Origin: Macrostomum lignano
Taxonomy: Eukaryota
Length of the DNA stretch: 64,000 nucleotides
Reading direction: 5' to 3'
Assembly (NCBI GenBank): GCA_002269645.1
Contig: NIVC01003528.1
Location: 1-64,000, forward strand
Of the stretch, positions 23,301 to 35,712 are shown one piece after another; position 1 is the stretch's first letter, and every line of letters begins with the position of its first letter. A model generated the notes under the pieces. It was not told the DNA's origin. It saw only the letters and a program-made list of their open reading frames with translations, and did not search any database. The translations under genes and the position numbers were made by a program.

Positions 23301-25589
23301 AAGCAGCGAGCAGCTTCCGTTGATGGAGCGGCTGGCGGACTGAGCCGGTCCGACAAATTTGGCACGCTGGCTAGTTTGAATTGTAAGTGGGACTCGGTGG
23401 CTCGACTTTCTCATTGTCAAAGCAGTGTGCACACTGATGCTTTCATCGATGTAGTGACAATGGATGGGGGTTGTAGCCTAATGGTTAGTGTCGGACTCGC
23501 GACTGAAAGGTCGGGGGTTCGATTCTTGACCCGCTGGAAAAATTTGTGTTAGACACAATTCTGCATTGCTTCAGTTCACCCAGCTGTAAGATGGGTGCCA
23601 GCTGTGTGTGGCGACCCCCAGCGCGATAGCTGCGGCTGAGCTGTCGGTTGCACATCTGCCCATTAGGGCTGGTGTAATCAATTATTATAATTAATTATTG
23701 AAAATTGCGGTCCAACTGTAATTAACATATTTTGTTTGCCGTTGAAATATTTTTATAACTTTTTAAATTGCATGTGTGCTTATACACGTGTATCTGCCTG
23801 CTAGCTACTAACTTTAGCATTGGAAGTTAAATAGTATTTAAATACTTCCGCTGGGTTATTATTTCTAAAATTGTGTGGCTCATGGGGGAATTGCTGAGAT
23901 GCTGTGGCTCATGAGGTGAATTGCTGAAATGCCGTGGCTCATGAGGTGAATTGCTGAAATGCCATGGCTCATAAGGGGAATTGCTGAAATGCCGTAGCTC
24001 ATGAGGTGATTTGCTGAAATGCCATGGCTCATGAGAGGAATTGCTGAAATGCCGTGGCTCATGAGGTGATTTGCTGAAATGCCATGGCTCATGAGGGGAA
24101 TTGCTGAAATGCCGTGGCTCATGAGGTGATTTGCTGAAATGCCATGGCTCATGAGAGGAATTGCTGAAATGCCGTAGCTCATGAGGTGATTTGCTGAAAT
24201 GCCATGGCTCATGAGGTGATTTGCTGAAATGCCATGGCTCATGAGGTGATTTGCTGAAATGCCATGGCTCATAAGAGGAATTGCTGAAATGCCGTGGCTC
24301 ATGAGGGGAATTGCTGAAATGCCGTGGCTCATGAGGGGAATTGCTGAAATGCCGTGGCTCATGAGGTGAATTGCTGAAATGCCGTGGCTCATGAGGTGAT
24401 TTGCTGAAATGCCATGGCTCATGAGAGGAATTGCTGAAATGCCGTAGCTCATGAGGTGATTTGCTGAAATGCCATGGCTCATGAGGTGAATTGCTGAAAT
24501 GCCGTGGCTCATGAGGGGAATTGCTGAAATGCCGTGGCTCATGGGGGAATTGCTGAAATGCCGTGGCTCATGAGGTGAATTGCTGAAATGCCGTGGCTCA
24601 TGAGGTGATTTGCTGAAATGCCGTGGCTCATGAGGTGAATTGCTGAAATGCCGTGGCTCATGAGGTGATTTGCTGAAATGCCGTGGCTCATAAGGGGAAT
24701 TGCTGAAATGCCGTGGCTCATGAGGTGAATTGCTGAAATGCCGTGGCTCATGAGGTGAATTGCTGAAATGCCGTGGCTCATAAGGGGAATTGCTGAAATG
24801 CCGTGGCTCATGAGGTGATTTGCTGAAATGCCGTGGCTCATGAGGTGAATTGCTGAAATGCCGTGGCTCACGAGGTGAATTGCTGAAATGCCGTAGCTCA
24901 TGAGGTGAATTGCTGAAATGCCGTGGCTCATAGGGATTGCTCAGATCCTCTATATAGCCAAAGCTCAAGTGGGATGCAGATGGATACGTAATTTTAAAAC
25001 GCTCATTGGTCAAATATGTGCATATTATGCACTAAACAATTAATCAACAATATAATGCTATTACAAAACGCTATATAAACACAGCCACAGGCCGTTACGC
25101 TAGCAGTACAATTGGCGACAGTAGGCAGAGAATATTGCCAGCCTACTCAACTGAGCAGCAATATGATCCGGCATTTGCTAATCCCGGTTATTCCGATCTT
25201 GGCGACTTTTATCCCATTGAGAACGGCGCCGCTCGCGCCGTGTCCCCCGCTTATTCCCAATCGCACAGATCGTTTGGTGAGTTAACAAATTCACAAAATT
25301 ATCAATGTCATTATAGCTGCCGCAGTAGTAAGCACTATACGATTGAATATCAATAATGCTTTTATAGAATTTATTATAGCTCACTGTTCTTTATGGCTAC
25401 TCGTATTTATTGATTTATTATGATTTGTACTTTCTATTTGTAGTGTTTTTATATGTAATTTTGAGTATACATACCGCCTAATCATTTTCAATTATATTTG
25501 TTGTGTGTCGCCTTGTGCCGACTTACCTTATCTCTGCTGCGCGGTATGGATTGGAATGCGGCATAGTCTAGTATTCCAATGAAGAGACT

Positions 25590-25656
<67 letters not shown>

Positions 25657-28600
25657 AAGTCAGTAGGGCGCTGCCTATTCTCAATTTCTTATTCTGTCCG
25701 TCAGTGCGCGCAACACAAGACACATTTTTATCGCATCCAACCTGCAAATTACCTTTTTTAACCCCTATCTGTACGTACGTATTTCTCTATGCTTCTTCAC
25801 TCGCTCGCTATATTTAGTGTATATAGTTCTAACCAAGCCTGGGTGAAGGCTACTTCTTAGCTTCACATATTTTGGGGCAATATAACTCACAATTTAATTT
25901 TTATCCTTAAAAACACTTATTTGCACACTTCTTTTTTAAGTTATCTAGATGCTTTAAATGTTGTCCACATTAATGTGTGTTACGACGAGGTTGTGATGCT
26001 TTTATTATACATGTACTTTACTGGGAGAGGTAATTTCTACCTAGTAGAAAAAACTAGGTCTGCAGTATTAAAGATGGTGTTGCTTATTCAATAAAATAAT
26101 TTTATTTGCTTTTCTTGCCCAGCCTCCCCAGATCCTCAGTTGCTGGGCCAGCCTCCCAGATTCTCAGTTGCTGGGCCAGCCTCCCAGATTCTCAGTTGCT
26201 GGGCCAGCATCCAAGATCCTCAGTTGCTGGGCTGCCAGCCTCCCAGATCCTCAGTTGCTGGGCCAGCCTCCAAGATCCTCAGTTGCTGGGCTGCCAGCCT
26301 CCCAGATCCTCAGTTGCTGGGCCAGCCTCCCAGATCCTCAGTTGCTGGGCCAGCCTTCCAGATCCTCAGTTGCTGGGCCAGCCTCCCAGATCCTCGGTTG
26401 CTGGGCTGCCAGCCTCCCAGATTCTCAGTTGCTGGGCCAGCCTCCCAGATTCTCAGTTGCTGGGCCAGCCTCCCAGATTCTCAGTTGCTGGGCCAGCCTC
26501 CCAGATTCTCAGTTGCTGGGCCAGCATCCAAGATCCTCAGTTGCTGGGCTGCCAGCCTCCCAGATCCTCAGTTGCTGGGCCAGCCTCCCAGATCCTCAGT
26601 TGCTGGGCCAGCCTCCCAGATCCTCAGTTGCTGGACCAGCCTCCCAGATTAGCCATTAGCCTCGTGGGTCATCGCATTCAACACCGAACGCCTGAGGGTT
26701 AAGCAGAGCTGATCGGGGTTAGTACACAGCTACTCAAAATAAGCTTGACGTGCCTCGCACAGCGAGGCATATAGAAAGTGAAAAATTACGCTAAGCCTTA
26801 GAAGTTCCCCTGGTCTCATATTTGATGGTATTTTGTTTATTTATCTATCAATTAGACGCGCTTAACTAACAATGTTACTCCCGCCGGCACCCTGCCTTCA
26901 GTGTCGAACTCGCAGGTTTCCCACGCAGTCGCCGAGACGATCCTTTTGGAGTCCCGGCCTCCACAGACTGCGGAGCCGCAGTCATCAAGCTACCGCGATC
27001 CCGAGCTGCCCGACCTTCTGCAGCTTCTCCGGTCTGGCAGCGACGAGGCGCGTTGTCACGCGGCCGCCTACCTGCAGCACCTGACCTTCTGCGAAGAGGA
27101 CACAAAGACCCGGGTTCGAACCTCGGGTGGTATTATCCTACTAGTGAATCTGCTGGCTAGGCCTGGCAGCGTTAATCTCCGTCTAGGGGTGCTGGGCGCC
27201 CTGAGAAATCTCAGCTTCGGCCTTGGACAGGAGGAGAATCGCCGTGAGATGGCAAGGTGTGGCCTGCTGGCTAATCTGTGCGCCCTGGTTGAGTCTGCCG
27301 AGGAGCAGGAAGTCAGGTTGGTGATTTGGCTAGGGTTACTGGCTTTGAAAGGTTATGGGTCAGCCTGTCAAGTGCAAGGGGTCAAGCTGTCAACTTTCTA
27401 AGGTAATCATGGATCAAGCTGTCAAATGTCTTGGGTCATCATGGGTCAAGCTGTCAAATGTCTAAGGTCATCATGGGTCAGGCTGTCAAATGTCTTGGGT
27501 CATCATGGGTCAAGCTGTCAAATGTCTTGGGTCATCATGGGTCAAGCTGTCAAATGTCTAAGGTCATCATGGGTCAGGCTGTCAAATGTCTTGGGTCATC
27601 ATGGGTCAAGCTGTCAAATGTCTAAGGTCATCATGGGTCAGGCTGTCAAATGTCTTGGGTCATCATGGGTCAAGCTGTCAAATGTCTTGGATCATCATGG
27701 GTCAAGCTGTCAAATGTCTAAGGGTCATCATGGGTCAGGCTGTCAAATGTCTTGGGTCATCATGGGTCAAGCTGTCAAATGTCTAAGGGTCATCATGGGT
27801 CAAGAGTCAAGATGTCAAAAAGCTGTCAAAGGTGAAAAGTTAAGGATAATAGGTCAAACTATCAGTCTGCAAAGGTGAGGTTTAAAGTTTCAAAAACGTT
27901 AATTATTAATTTTGATTTTAATTCTTTTGAAAAAATAAAAAAAATGTTTTTATATTACCTACAAAGTAGCGATCAAAGCGTTTTTTTTCTCTCTCTCTGT
28001 GTCACTCAGAGAGTTGGCCACAGCCGTGCTGTGGAATCTGAGCGCCAGTCCGGCTCTCCGCAAGGACATGCTGGATACCTGCGTGACGCCTCTGGTGAAT
28101 CGGGTGCTGCTGCCTCACGCCGGATTGGAACGGGCCCCTAGCGGCGAGTTTAATAGCGTTCAACGTGAGATCTACTGGACTGGCGTGTTCTGCAATGCCA
28201 CTGGCGCTCTGCGCTGTTTGAGCGCCTACGGAGACGCTGGCTATGGACGGAAATGCCTGCGGGCCTGTCCGGGCCTGGTGGAGAGCGTCATCCAGGTGAA
28301 TTGTGGTTATGCTTGTGAAGCTTCGAGCTTAGTGAAGCTTCGAGCTTGGAAAGATTCGAGCTTGGGGAAGATTCGAGCTTGTGAAGATTCGAGTTTGGGA
28401 AGATTCGAGCTTGGAAAGATTCGAACTTAGGAAGATTCGAGCTTGGAAAGATTCGAGCTTGGGGAAGATTCGAGCTTGTGAAAATTCGAACTTGGGAAGA
28501 TTCGAGCTTGGGAAGATTCGAGCTTGGAAAGATTCGAGCTTGTGAAGCTTCGAGCTTGTGAAGCTTCGAGCTTGTGAAGCTTCGAGCTTGTGAAGCTTCG

Positions 28601-31600
28601 AGCTTGTGAAGCTTCGAGCTTAGTGAAGCTTCGAGCTTAGTGAAGCTTCGAGCTTAGTGAAGCTTCGAGCTTAGTGAAGCTTCGAGCTTAGTGAAGCTTC
28701 GAGCTTAGTGAAGCTTCGAGCTTAGTGAAGCTTCGAGCTTAGTGAAGCTTCGAGCTTAGTGAAGCTTCGAGCTTGGGGAAGATTCGAGCTTGGGAAGATT
28801 CGTACTTGGGGAAGATTCGAGCTTGGAAAGATTCGAGCTTGGAAAGATTTGAGTTTGTGAAGTTTCGAGCTTGGGAAGATTCGAGCTTGGAAAGATTCGA
28901 GTTTGGAAAGATTCGAGTTTGTGAAGATTCGAGCTTTGGGAAGATTCGAGTTTGTGAAGATTCGAGCTTCGGGAAGATTCGAGCTTGGGATGATTCGAGC
29001 TTGGAAAGATTCGAGCTTGGGGAAGATTCGAACTTGGAAAGATTCGAGCTTGTGAAGCTTCGAGCTTGTAAAGCTTCGAGCTTGTAAAGCTTCGAACTTG
29101 GAAAGATTCGAGCTTGTGAAGATTCGAGCTTGGGAAGATTCGAGCTTGGGAAGATTCGAGCTTGTAAAGCTTCGAGCTTGTGAAGCTTCGAGCTTGTGAA
29201 GCTTCGAGCTTGTGAAGCGTCTAGCTTGTGAAGCTTCGAGCTTGTGAAGCTTCGAGCTTGTGAAGCTTCGAGCTTGTGAAGCTTCGAGCTTGGGAAGATT
29301 CGAGCTTGGAAAGATTCGAGCTTGGGGAAGATTCGAACTTGTGAAGATTCGAGCTTGGGAAGATTCGAGCTTGGAAAGATTCGAGCTTGTGAAGCTTCGA
29401 GCTTGTGAAGCTTCGAGCTTGTGAAGCTTCGAGCTTGTGAAGCTTCGAGCTTAGTGAAGCTTCGAGCTTGTGAAGCTTCGAGCTTGGGGAAGATTCGAGC
29501 TTGGAAAGATTCGAGCTTGGAAAGATTTGAGTTTGTGAAGTTTCGAGCTTGGGAAGATTCGAGCTTGGAAAGATTCGAGTTTGTGAAGATTCGAGCTTTG
29601 GGAAGATTCGAGTTTGTGAAGATTCGAGCTTCGGGAAGATTCGAGCTTGGGATGATTCGAGCTTGGAAAGATTCGAGCTTGGGGAAGATTCGAACTTGGA
29701 AAGATTCGAGCTTGTGAAGCTTCGAGCTTGTAAAGCTTCGAGCTTGTAAAGCTTCGAACTTGGAAAGATTCGAGCTTGTGAAGATTCGAGCTTGGGAAGA
29801 TTCGAGCTTGGGAAGATTCGAGCTTGTGAAGCTTCGAGCTTGTGAAGCTTCGAGCTTGTGAAGCTTCGAGCTTGGGAAGCGTCTAGCTTGGGAAGCTTCG
29901 AGCTTGTGAAGCTTCGAGCTTGTGAAGCTTCGAGCTTGTGAAGCTTCGAGCTTGGGAAGATTCGAGCTTGGAAAGATTCGAGCTTGGGGAAGATTCGAAC
30001 TTGTGAAGATTCGAGCTTGGGAAGATTCGAGCTTGGAAAGATTCGAGCTTGTGAAGCTTCGAGCTTGTGAAGCTTCGAGCTTGTGAAGCTTCGAGCTTAG
30101 TGAAGCTTCGAGCTTGTGAAGCTTCGAGCTTGTGAAGCTTCGAGCTTGGGGAAGATTCGAACTTGGGGAAGATTCGAGCTTGGAAAGATTCGAACTTGGG
30201 GAAGATTCGAGCTTGGAAAGATTCGAGCTTGGAAAGATTTGAGTTTGTGAAGTTTCGAGCTTGTGAAGCTTCGAACTTGGGAAGATTCGAGCTTGGAAAG
30301 ATTCGAGCTTGGGGAAGATTCGAACTTGTGAAGATTCGAGCTTGGGAAGATTCGAGCTTGGAAAGATTCGAGCTTGTGAAGCTTCGAGCTTGTGAAGCTT
30401 CAAGCTTGTGAAGCTTCGAGCTTGTGAAGCTTCGAGCTTGTGAAGCTTCGAGCTTAGTGAAGCTTCGAGCTTGTGAAGCTTCGAGCTTGGGAAGATTCGA
30501 ACTTGTGAAGATTCGAGCTTGGGAAGATTCGAGCTTGGGAAGATTCGAGCTTGGAAAGATTCGAGCTTGTGAAGCTTCGAGCTTGTGAAGCTTCGAGCTT
30601 GTGAAGCTTCGAGCTTGTGAAGCTTCGAGCTTGTGAAGCTTCGAGCTTGTGAAGCTTCGAGCTTGTGAAGCTTCGAGCTTAGTGAAGCTTCGAGCTTGTG
30701 AAGCTTCGAGCTTGGGAAGATTCGAGCTTGGGAAGATTCGAGCTTGTAAAGCTTCGAGCTTGTGAAGCTTCGAGCTTGTGGAGCGTCTAGCTTGTGAAGC
30801 TTCGAGCTTGTGAAGCTTCGAGCTTGTGAAGTCGAGCTTGGGAAGATTCGAGCTTGGAAAGATTCGAGCTTGGGGAAGATTCGAACTTGTGAAGATTCGA
30901 GCTTGGGAAGATTCGAGCTTGGAAAGATTCGAGCTTGTGAAGCTTCGAGCTTGTGAAGCTTCGAGCTTGTGAAGCTTCGAGCTTAGTGAAGCTTCGAGCT
31001 TGTGAAGCTTCGAGCTTGTGAAGCTTCGAGCTTGGGGAAGATTCGAACTTGGGGAAGATTCGAGCTTGGAAAGATTCGAACTTAGGGAAGATTCGAGCTT
31101 GGAAAGATTCGAGCTTGGAAAGATTCGAGCTTGGAAAGATTTGAGTTTGTGAAGTTTCGAGCTTGGGAAGATTCGAGCTTGGAAAGATTCGAGCTTGGAA
31201 AGATTTGAGTTTGTGAAGTTTCGAGCTTGGGAAGATTCGAGCTTGGAAAGATTCGAGCTTGGGGAAGATTCGAGCTTGGAAAGATTCGAACTTAGGGAAG
31301 ATTCGAGCTTGGAAAGATTCGAGCTTGGAAAGATTCGAGCTTGGAAAGATTTGAGTTTGTGAAGTTTCGAGCTTGGGAAGATTCGAGCTTGGAAAGATTC
31401 GAGTTTGGAAAGATTCGAGTTTGTGAAGATTCGAGCTTTGGGAAGATTCGAGTTTGTGAAGATTCGAGCTTCGGGAAGATTCGAGCTTGGGATGATTCGA
31501 GCTTGGAAAGATTCGAGTTTGGAAAGATTCGAGTTTGGAAAGATTCGAGTTTGGAAAGATTCGATCTTGTGAATTTTCGCGCATGTGAAGCTTCACAAAT

Positions 31601-33311
31601 CTGAAAATAAATCTCGTGCTTGAAAAGTTTCTCTTTTATTAAAAACTGCTATTAAAACATTGATTAATACATTGATCATACCAGTGCAATCCGTCCATAC
31701 GCAGGTACTTCGCTGCGCCGTTCGTAACACCGATTTGGACCGGAAATCCATTGAGAACTGCGTCTGTCTGTTGCGCAATCTGCTCTTCGCCTGCCAAGAG
31801 ACCGCCGACCCTAACTACCAGCCCGCCGAGTCAATTGCTCCAGCCCAGCTCAATAGCAACTCAAAGTCTGGCAAAAGTGGCGGCGGCTGTTTTGGCGGCA
31901 AAAGCTCTTCTAACGGTGGCCCGTCTTCTAGTAGTAGCAAGAAAAAGCAACAGCCGCAGCAGAAGCCGGCAAGCAAAGAAGCAACGCCGCAGCAGCCGCT
32001 GGCCGGAGGCGGCGGCAGGATCAGCCTGCTATGGCAAGCCGGCACTCTCTCTAGCGTACTGCTGCCAATCATTGCCAACTGCGCCAATCCCGACACTCTG
32101 GAGGCTGCCGCCGGCGCCGTGCAGAACCTGGCCGCCTGCGACTGGCAGCCGTCTGTGGAATTTCGTGCTCAGATTCGGCGGGACAAAGGCCTGCCTCTGC
32201 TTGTTGAACTGCTCAGCTTGGATGCCGATCGGGTTGTGCGGACCGCCGCCACGGCTTTGAGAAATCTGGCTCTGGAAGCTCAGAGTCTCAAGCTTATTGG
32301 TACGATTTTCAATTTATGATCCCTTCCCTGTATTCCAAGCAAGGGTTAAGTAAATCTCCTCAATCTGGATCAGAGAAATCCAAATCCTCAGTCAAGGATC
32401 AGAGAAATCCCAATCCACAGTCTAGGATCAGAGAAATCCCATAGGATCAGAGAAATCCCATAGGATCAGAGAAATCCCATAGGATCAGAGAAATCCCATA
32501 GGATCAGAGAAATCCCATTGGATCAGAGAAATCCCATTGGATCAGAGAAATCCCATAGTATCAGAGAAATCCCATAGGATCAGAGAAATCCCATAGGATC
32601 AGAGAAGTCACATGGGATCAGAGAAATCCCATTGAATCAGAAAAATCCCATAGGATCAGAGAAATCCCAATCCTCGCGCATACAAACCTAGCTACTACAT
32701 TTTTGCCAGGCCAATACGCGCTGGAGGCGCTGACATCCCGTCTGCCTAGGCGCAATTCGCCCATAGCCAATAGTCCGGAGACCTACGCCGCAGTGATAGC
32801 GGCTCTCTACGCTGTAGTGAAGACGAGCCCGGTGTATGCCAGACGCCTAGCCGAGCTGGGCGGTCCCAGCGGACTCATACTGGTGCGCGATGCGCCCAGT
32901 CGTTACGGCCAGAAGTCGTCGGCATTTGCGGCTAGACTGTTGGATTCTATGCAGCAACTGTTAGGCAAAGATGTGCAATTGTTGTCGCTGCAGAATCGTC
33001 AGCAGCAGCAACAGCAGCAGCAGCCGCAGGCCCAGATGGAGCTGCAGCAGCGACAACCATCAGCCGCCGCCCCCGCCGCCGCCGCTGAGCCGCCACCGGT
33101 GGTTCGTCGGCAAGCGTCAACTGAACCGACCTATGCTCAGATTGACCGGCAGAAGAAGATGCAGCAACGAGCTCAAATGCCGCCGCCGCAGCAGCAAGAG
33201 CAGCAAGAGCAGCAGCCAGAGCCAGATATGCGACAGCATCATTACCAGCATCACCAGCATCATCTGGTTCATAGTCAGGTTTATGAGCAGGCTGCCGATA
33301 GCTGGGTCTGA
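20379..33311 (+). CDS. p120-catenin/delta-catenin/ARVCF-family armadillo repeat protein, 9 exons
   Basis: join(20379-20434,20522-20600,20685-20854,22928-23382,25085-25276,26902-27316,28010-28295,31705-32299,32710-33311); intron phases are consistent. ARM motifs AAAYLQHLTF, GALRNLSFG, ELATAVLWNLS, KSIENCVCLLRNL, TLEAAAGAVQNLAAC, VVRTAATALRNLA. Ends in DSWV, the PDZ-binding motif of delta-catenin/ARVCF/p0071. The first three exons are less certain. Confidence 0.9.
20990..21985. repeat. 36-bp minisatellite with shorter sub-units (catenin intron 3)
   Basis: Unit CTTCAGCCGGTAGCTAGCTACCCACTCCCACAGATA. Confidence 0.97.
22295..22910. repeat. 32-34-bp pyrimidine-rich minisatellite abutting the catenin exon 4 acceptor
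   Basis: Unit CTCTCCATTTCCCCTGTTCCTTCAGCGCAGGC. Confidence 0.97.
23466..23699 (+). mobile_element. tRNA-derived CORE-type SINE, copy A (catenin intron 4)
   Basis: tRNA-like head with A box (TAGCCTAATGG) and B box (GGTTCGATTCT), CORE-like CTTCAGTTCACCCAGCTGTAAGATGGGTGCC, tail shared with copy C, AT-rich end. Confidence 0.85.
23878..24935. repeat. 30-bp minisatellite (catenin intron 4)
   Basis: Unit CATGAGGTGAATTGCTGAAATGCCGTGGCT. Confidence 0.98.
25585..25652. repeat. (GA)n microsatellite
   Basis: Direct reading. Confidence 0.98.
26115..26650. repeat. 28-bp minisatellite family X, locus 2 (catenin intron 5)
   Basis: Same unit as 13055-13560, same orientation. Confidence 0.98.
27365..27815. 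repeat. 32-bp minisatellite (catenin intron 6)
   Basis: Unit CATCATGGGTCAAGCTGTCAAATGTCTTGGGT. Confidence 0.97.
28310..31600. repeat. 3.3-kb complex 15-17-bp satellite (catenin intron 7)
   Basis: Units GTGAAGCTTCGAGCTT and GGAAGATTCGAGCTT in higher-order blocks. Confidence 0.98.
32370..32670. repeat. 19-bp minisatellite (catenin intron 8)
   Basis: Unit GGATCAGAGAAATCCCATA. Confidence 0.97.
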
Positions 33312-33984
33312 GTGAGTGTGCTTATTTTATCTTAGTACAACAGCGGCCAAAAAAAGTAAAACAGGTTCTGTTCCTCTTTTTATATCTTGATTTTTCATTA
33401 TGAATTATTTGTAAGGCTGTGTATCCAATGTAATTCAATCTGTCTGTTGCCAAACAGGCGTTACCTGCCCGGAGTTAATGATCCAAAATGTTACGGCTGT
33501 TTGCACCATTGTACGAGTATATTTTGTATAAACTCGTAAATCGTTTTGCTGTGCCTTATAATAATGAAAAATTCATTTATTTTTTTATGTGTCCAATGTG
33601 TCAGTTTGATTCTTATTGTTCTAATCATATTGCTAAATTCTTTGTAAATACTCGTATATTCATTGATTGCATTGTCATATATTCAATTTTAGCGCTGGCT
33701 CGCGTGAACATATTTATCTGTACATATATATAGTTGGTATTGGCTCTATATACGAAAATTTGATTCAGTGTGCGCACTATTGTAGCGGCAGCTTAGTGAT
33801 CACTCGACTGATAATTTGAGTCTTTAAATTGACCAATTCGACTTTACCTGATTGATCAACGATGGTTTATTTTAATCGAACTGGTTTTTATCTTTATTGT
33901 TTTGCGTTGTCTTTTATCTATCCTGGTTTTTGCTTTCTTTTGCTTCTCGAAGAAATCAGAGCGTGTAAAAAGTAAATAGGATTT

Positions 33985-34740
33985 AGTGCATCCGCTCCTA
34001 TCAATCCCAAGGTCATTCTGCCACTCCTCTCAATCCCAAGGTCATTCCGCCACTCCTCTCAATCCCAAGGTCATTCTGCCACTCCTCTCAATCCCAAGGT
34101 CATTCTGCCACTCCTCTCAATCCCAAGGTCATTCCGCCACTCCTCTCAATCCCAAGGTCATTCTGCCACTCCTCTCAATCCCAAGGTCATTTCACCACTC
34201 CTCTCAATCCCAAGATCATTTCACCACTCCTCTCAATCCCAAGGTCATTCCGCCACTCCTCTCAATCCCAAGGTCATTTCACCACTCCTCTCAATCCCAA
34301 GATCATTTCACCACTCCTCTCAATCCCAAGGTCATTCCGCCACTCCTCTCAATCCCAAGGTCATTCCGTCACTCCTCTTAATCCCAAGGTCATTCCGCCA
34401 CTCCTCTTAATCCCAAGGTCATTCCGCCACTCCTCTCACCCAAGGTCATTCCGTCACTCCTCTCAATCCCAAGGTCATTCCGTCACTCCTCTCAATCCCA
34501 AGGTCATTCCGCCACTCCTCTCACCCAAGGTCATTCCGTCACTCCTCTCAATCCCAAGGTCATTCCGCCACTCCTCTCAATCCCAAGGTCATTCCGTCAC
34601 TCCTCTCAATCCCAAGGTCATTCCACCACTCCTCTCACCCAAGGTTATTTCGCCACTCCTCTCACCCAAGGTCATTCCGTCACTCCTCTCAATCCCAAGG
34701 TCATTCATTTCGCCACTCCTCTCAATCCCAAGGTCATTTA
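33985..34740. repeat. 29-bp minisatellite between the convergent catenin and GH16 genes
   Basis: Unit CCACTCCTCTCAATCCCAAGGTCATTCCG. Confidence 0.97.
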
Positions 34741-35712
34741 GTATCGGCTAACGCACTAAACTTCTGTTACCATATACTTGTGAAAAATTTGAGCAGTCTC
34801 CAATTGATATTGGGATACTATATTAAAACGCATAATGCTTTTTTAACTCATGTTTCTGAGATATTGGCATTCTAATGCTGTTTTTGGCGTACTGCTTCTA
34901 CCTGCTAATCAAAGCTTCCTGTTATTGTGTTATTTTTATTATAAAATGGAATTTTGCGAAAAAAAACTGTTTTCTTTACTATTAGATATTAAAGCGAAAG
35001 ATTTATATCGATATGTATGTTTTGTGATTGCGTACACAGGTTTTTTTGCGTGACGCTTGCGTTAACGCTCTATTGGAATTTTGTATCTTTTGTCAAATGC
35101 ATGGCTGCGCGGTGTTTCAATTTTTTGCTAACATAATTCATAATTATTATTATTATTTTTGGCATGTAAAAAATCTTTAGTCGACCATGTCAGTAGTAGA
35201 CTATACATTTTATGTAGAAAGACTTTAGGCTAACCTCTAGCGTACTTTCCTGAAATCTAATTGGTTTCATTGTTCATTGTTTTTTCAAAATGAACAAATT
35301 TAAAATAAGCCGTTAAGCATGAAAATTCTTTAATAATAATTGGATTGCATCCTTATATATATATATACACTCTACATTACCTTTGCTTGCACGGCAAACT
35401 GTGTGTGAAAAAGTTAATAATTTTTTCTGGTTTCATCGCTTTTTTCTACAAATAAATGATTGTTGCTTCCTTTAATTAGTTTTTCACAATAAAAATATTG
35501 AAAAAGCCAAAGAGAGCTACTAAGTAGTAGGCAGGTTAGCACAGTCACCACGTAAATTTATAGCTATCTATATATATTTATAGAAACATTATTAAGGCTT
35601 CATTAATTATTGTACAGTTATTCGCACATTAAAACATTTTTCTTGCTGCTGTCACATAATTAGATTAGCGTGTTGCTAGCTACTATTAGAAGTAGTTCGC
35701 ATTGAACCGGTT

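Noticed and set aside
23880-31596. Long ORFs such as 23880-25013, 26106-26702, 27426-27878, 28739-30403 and 30787-31596
   Set aside because: Translations of stop-free minisatellites inside catenin introns; periodic peptides in several frames, with no splice or homology support.
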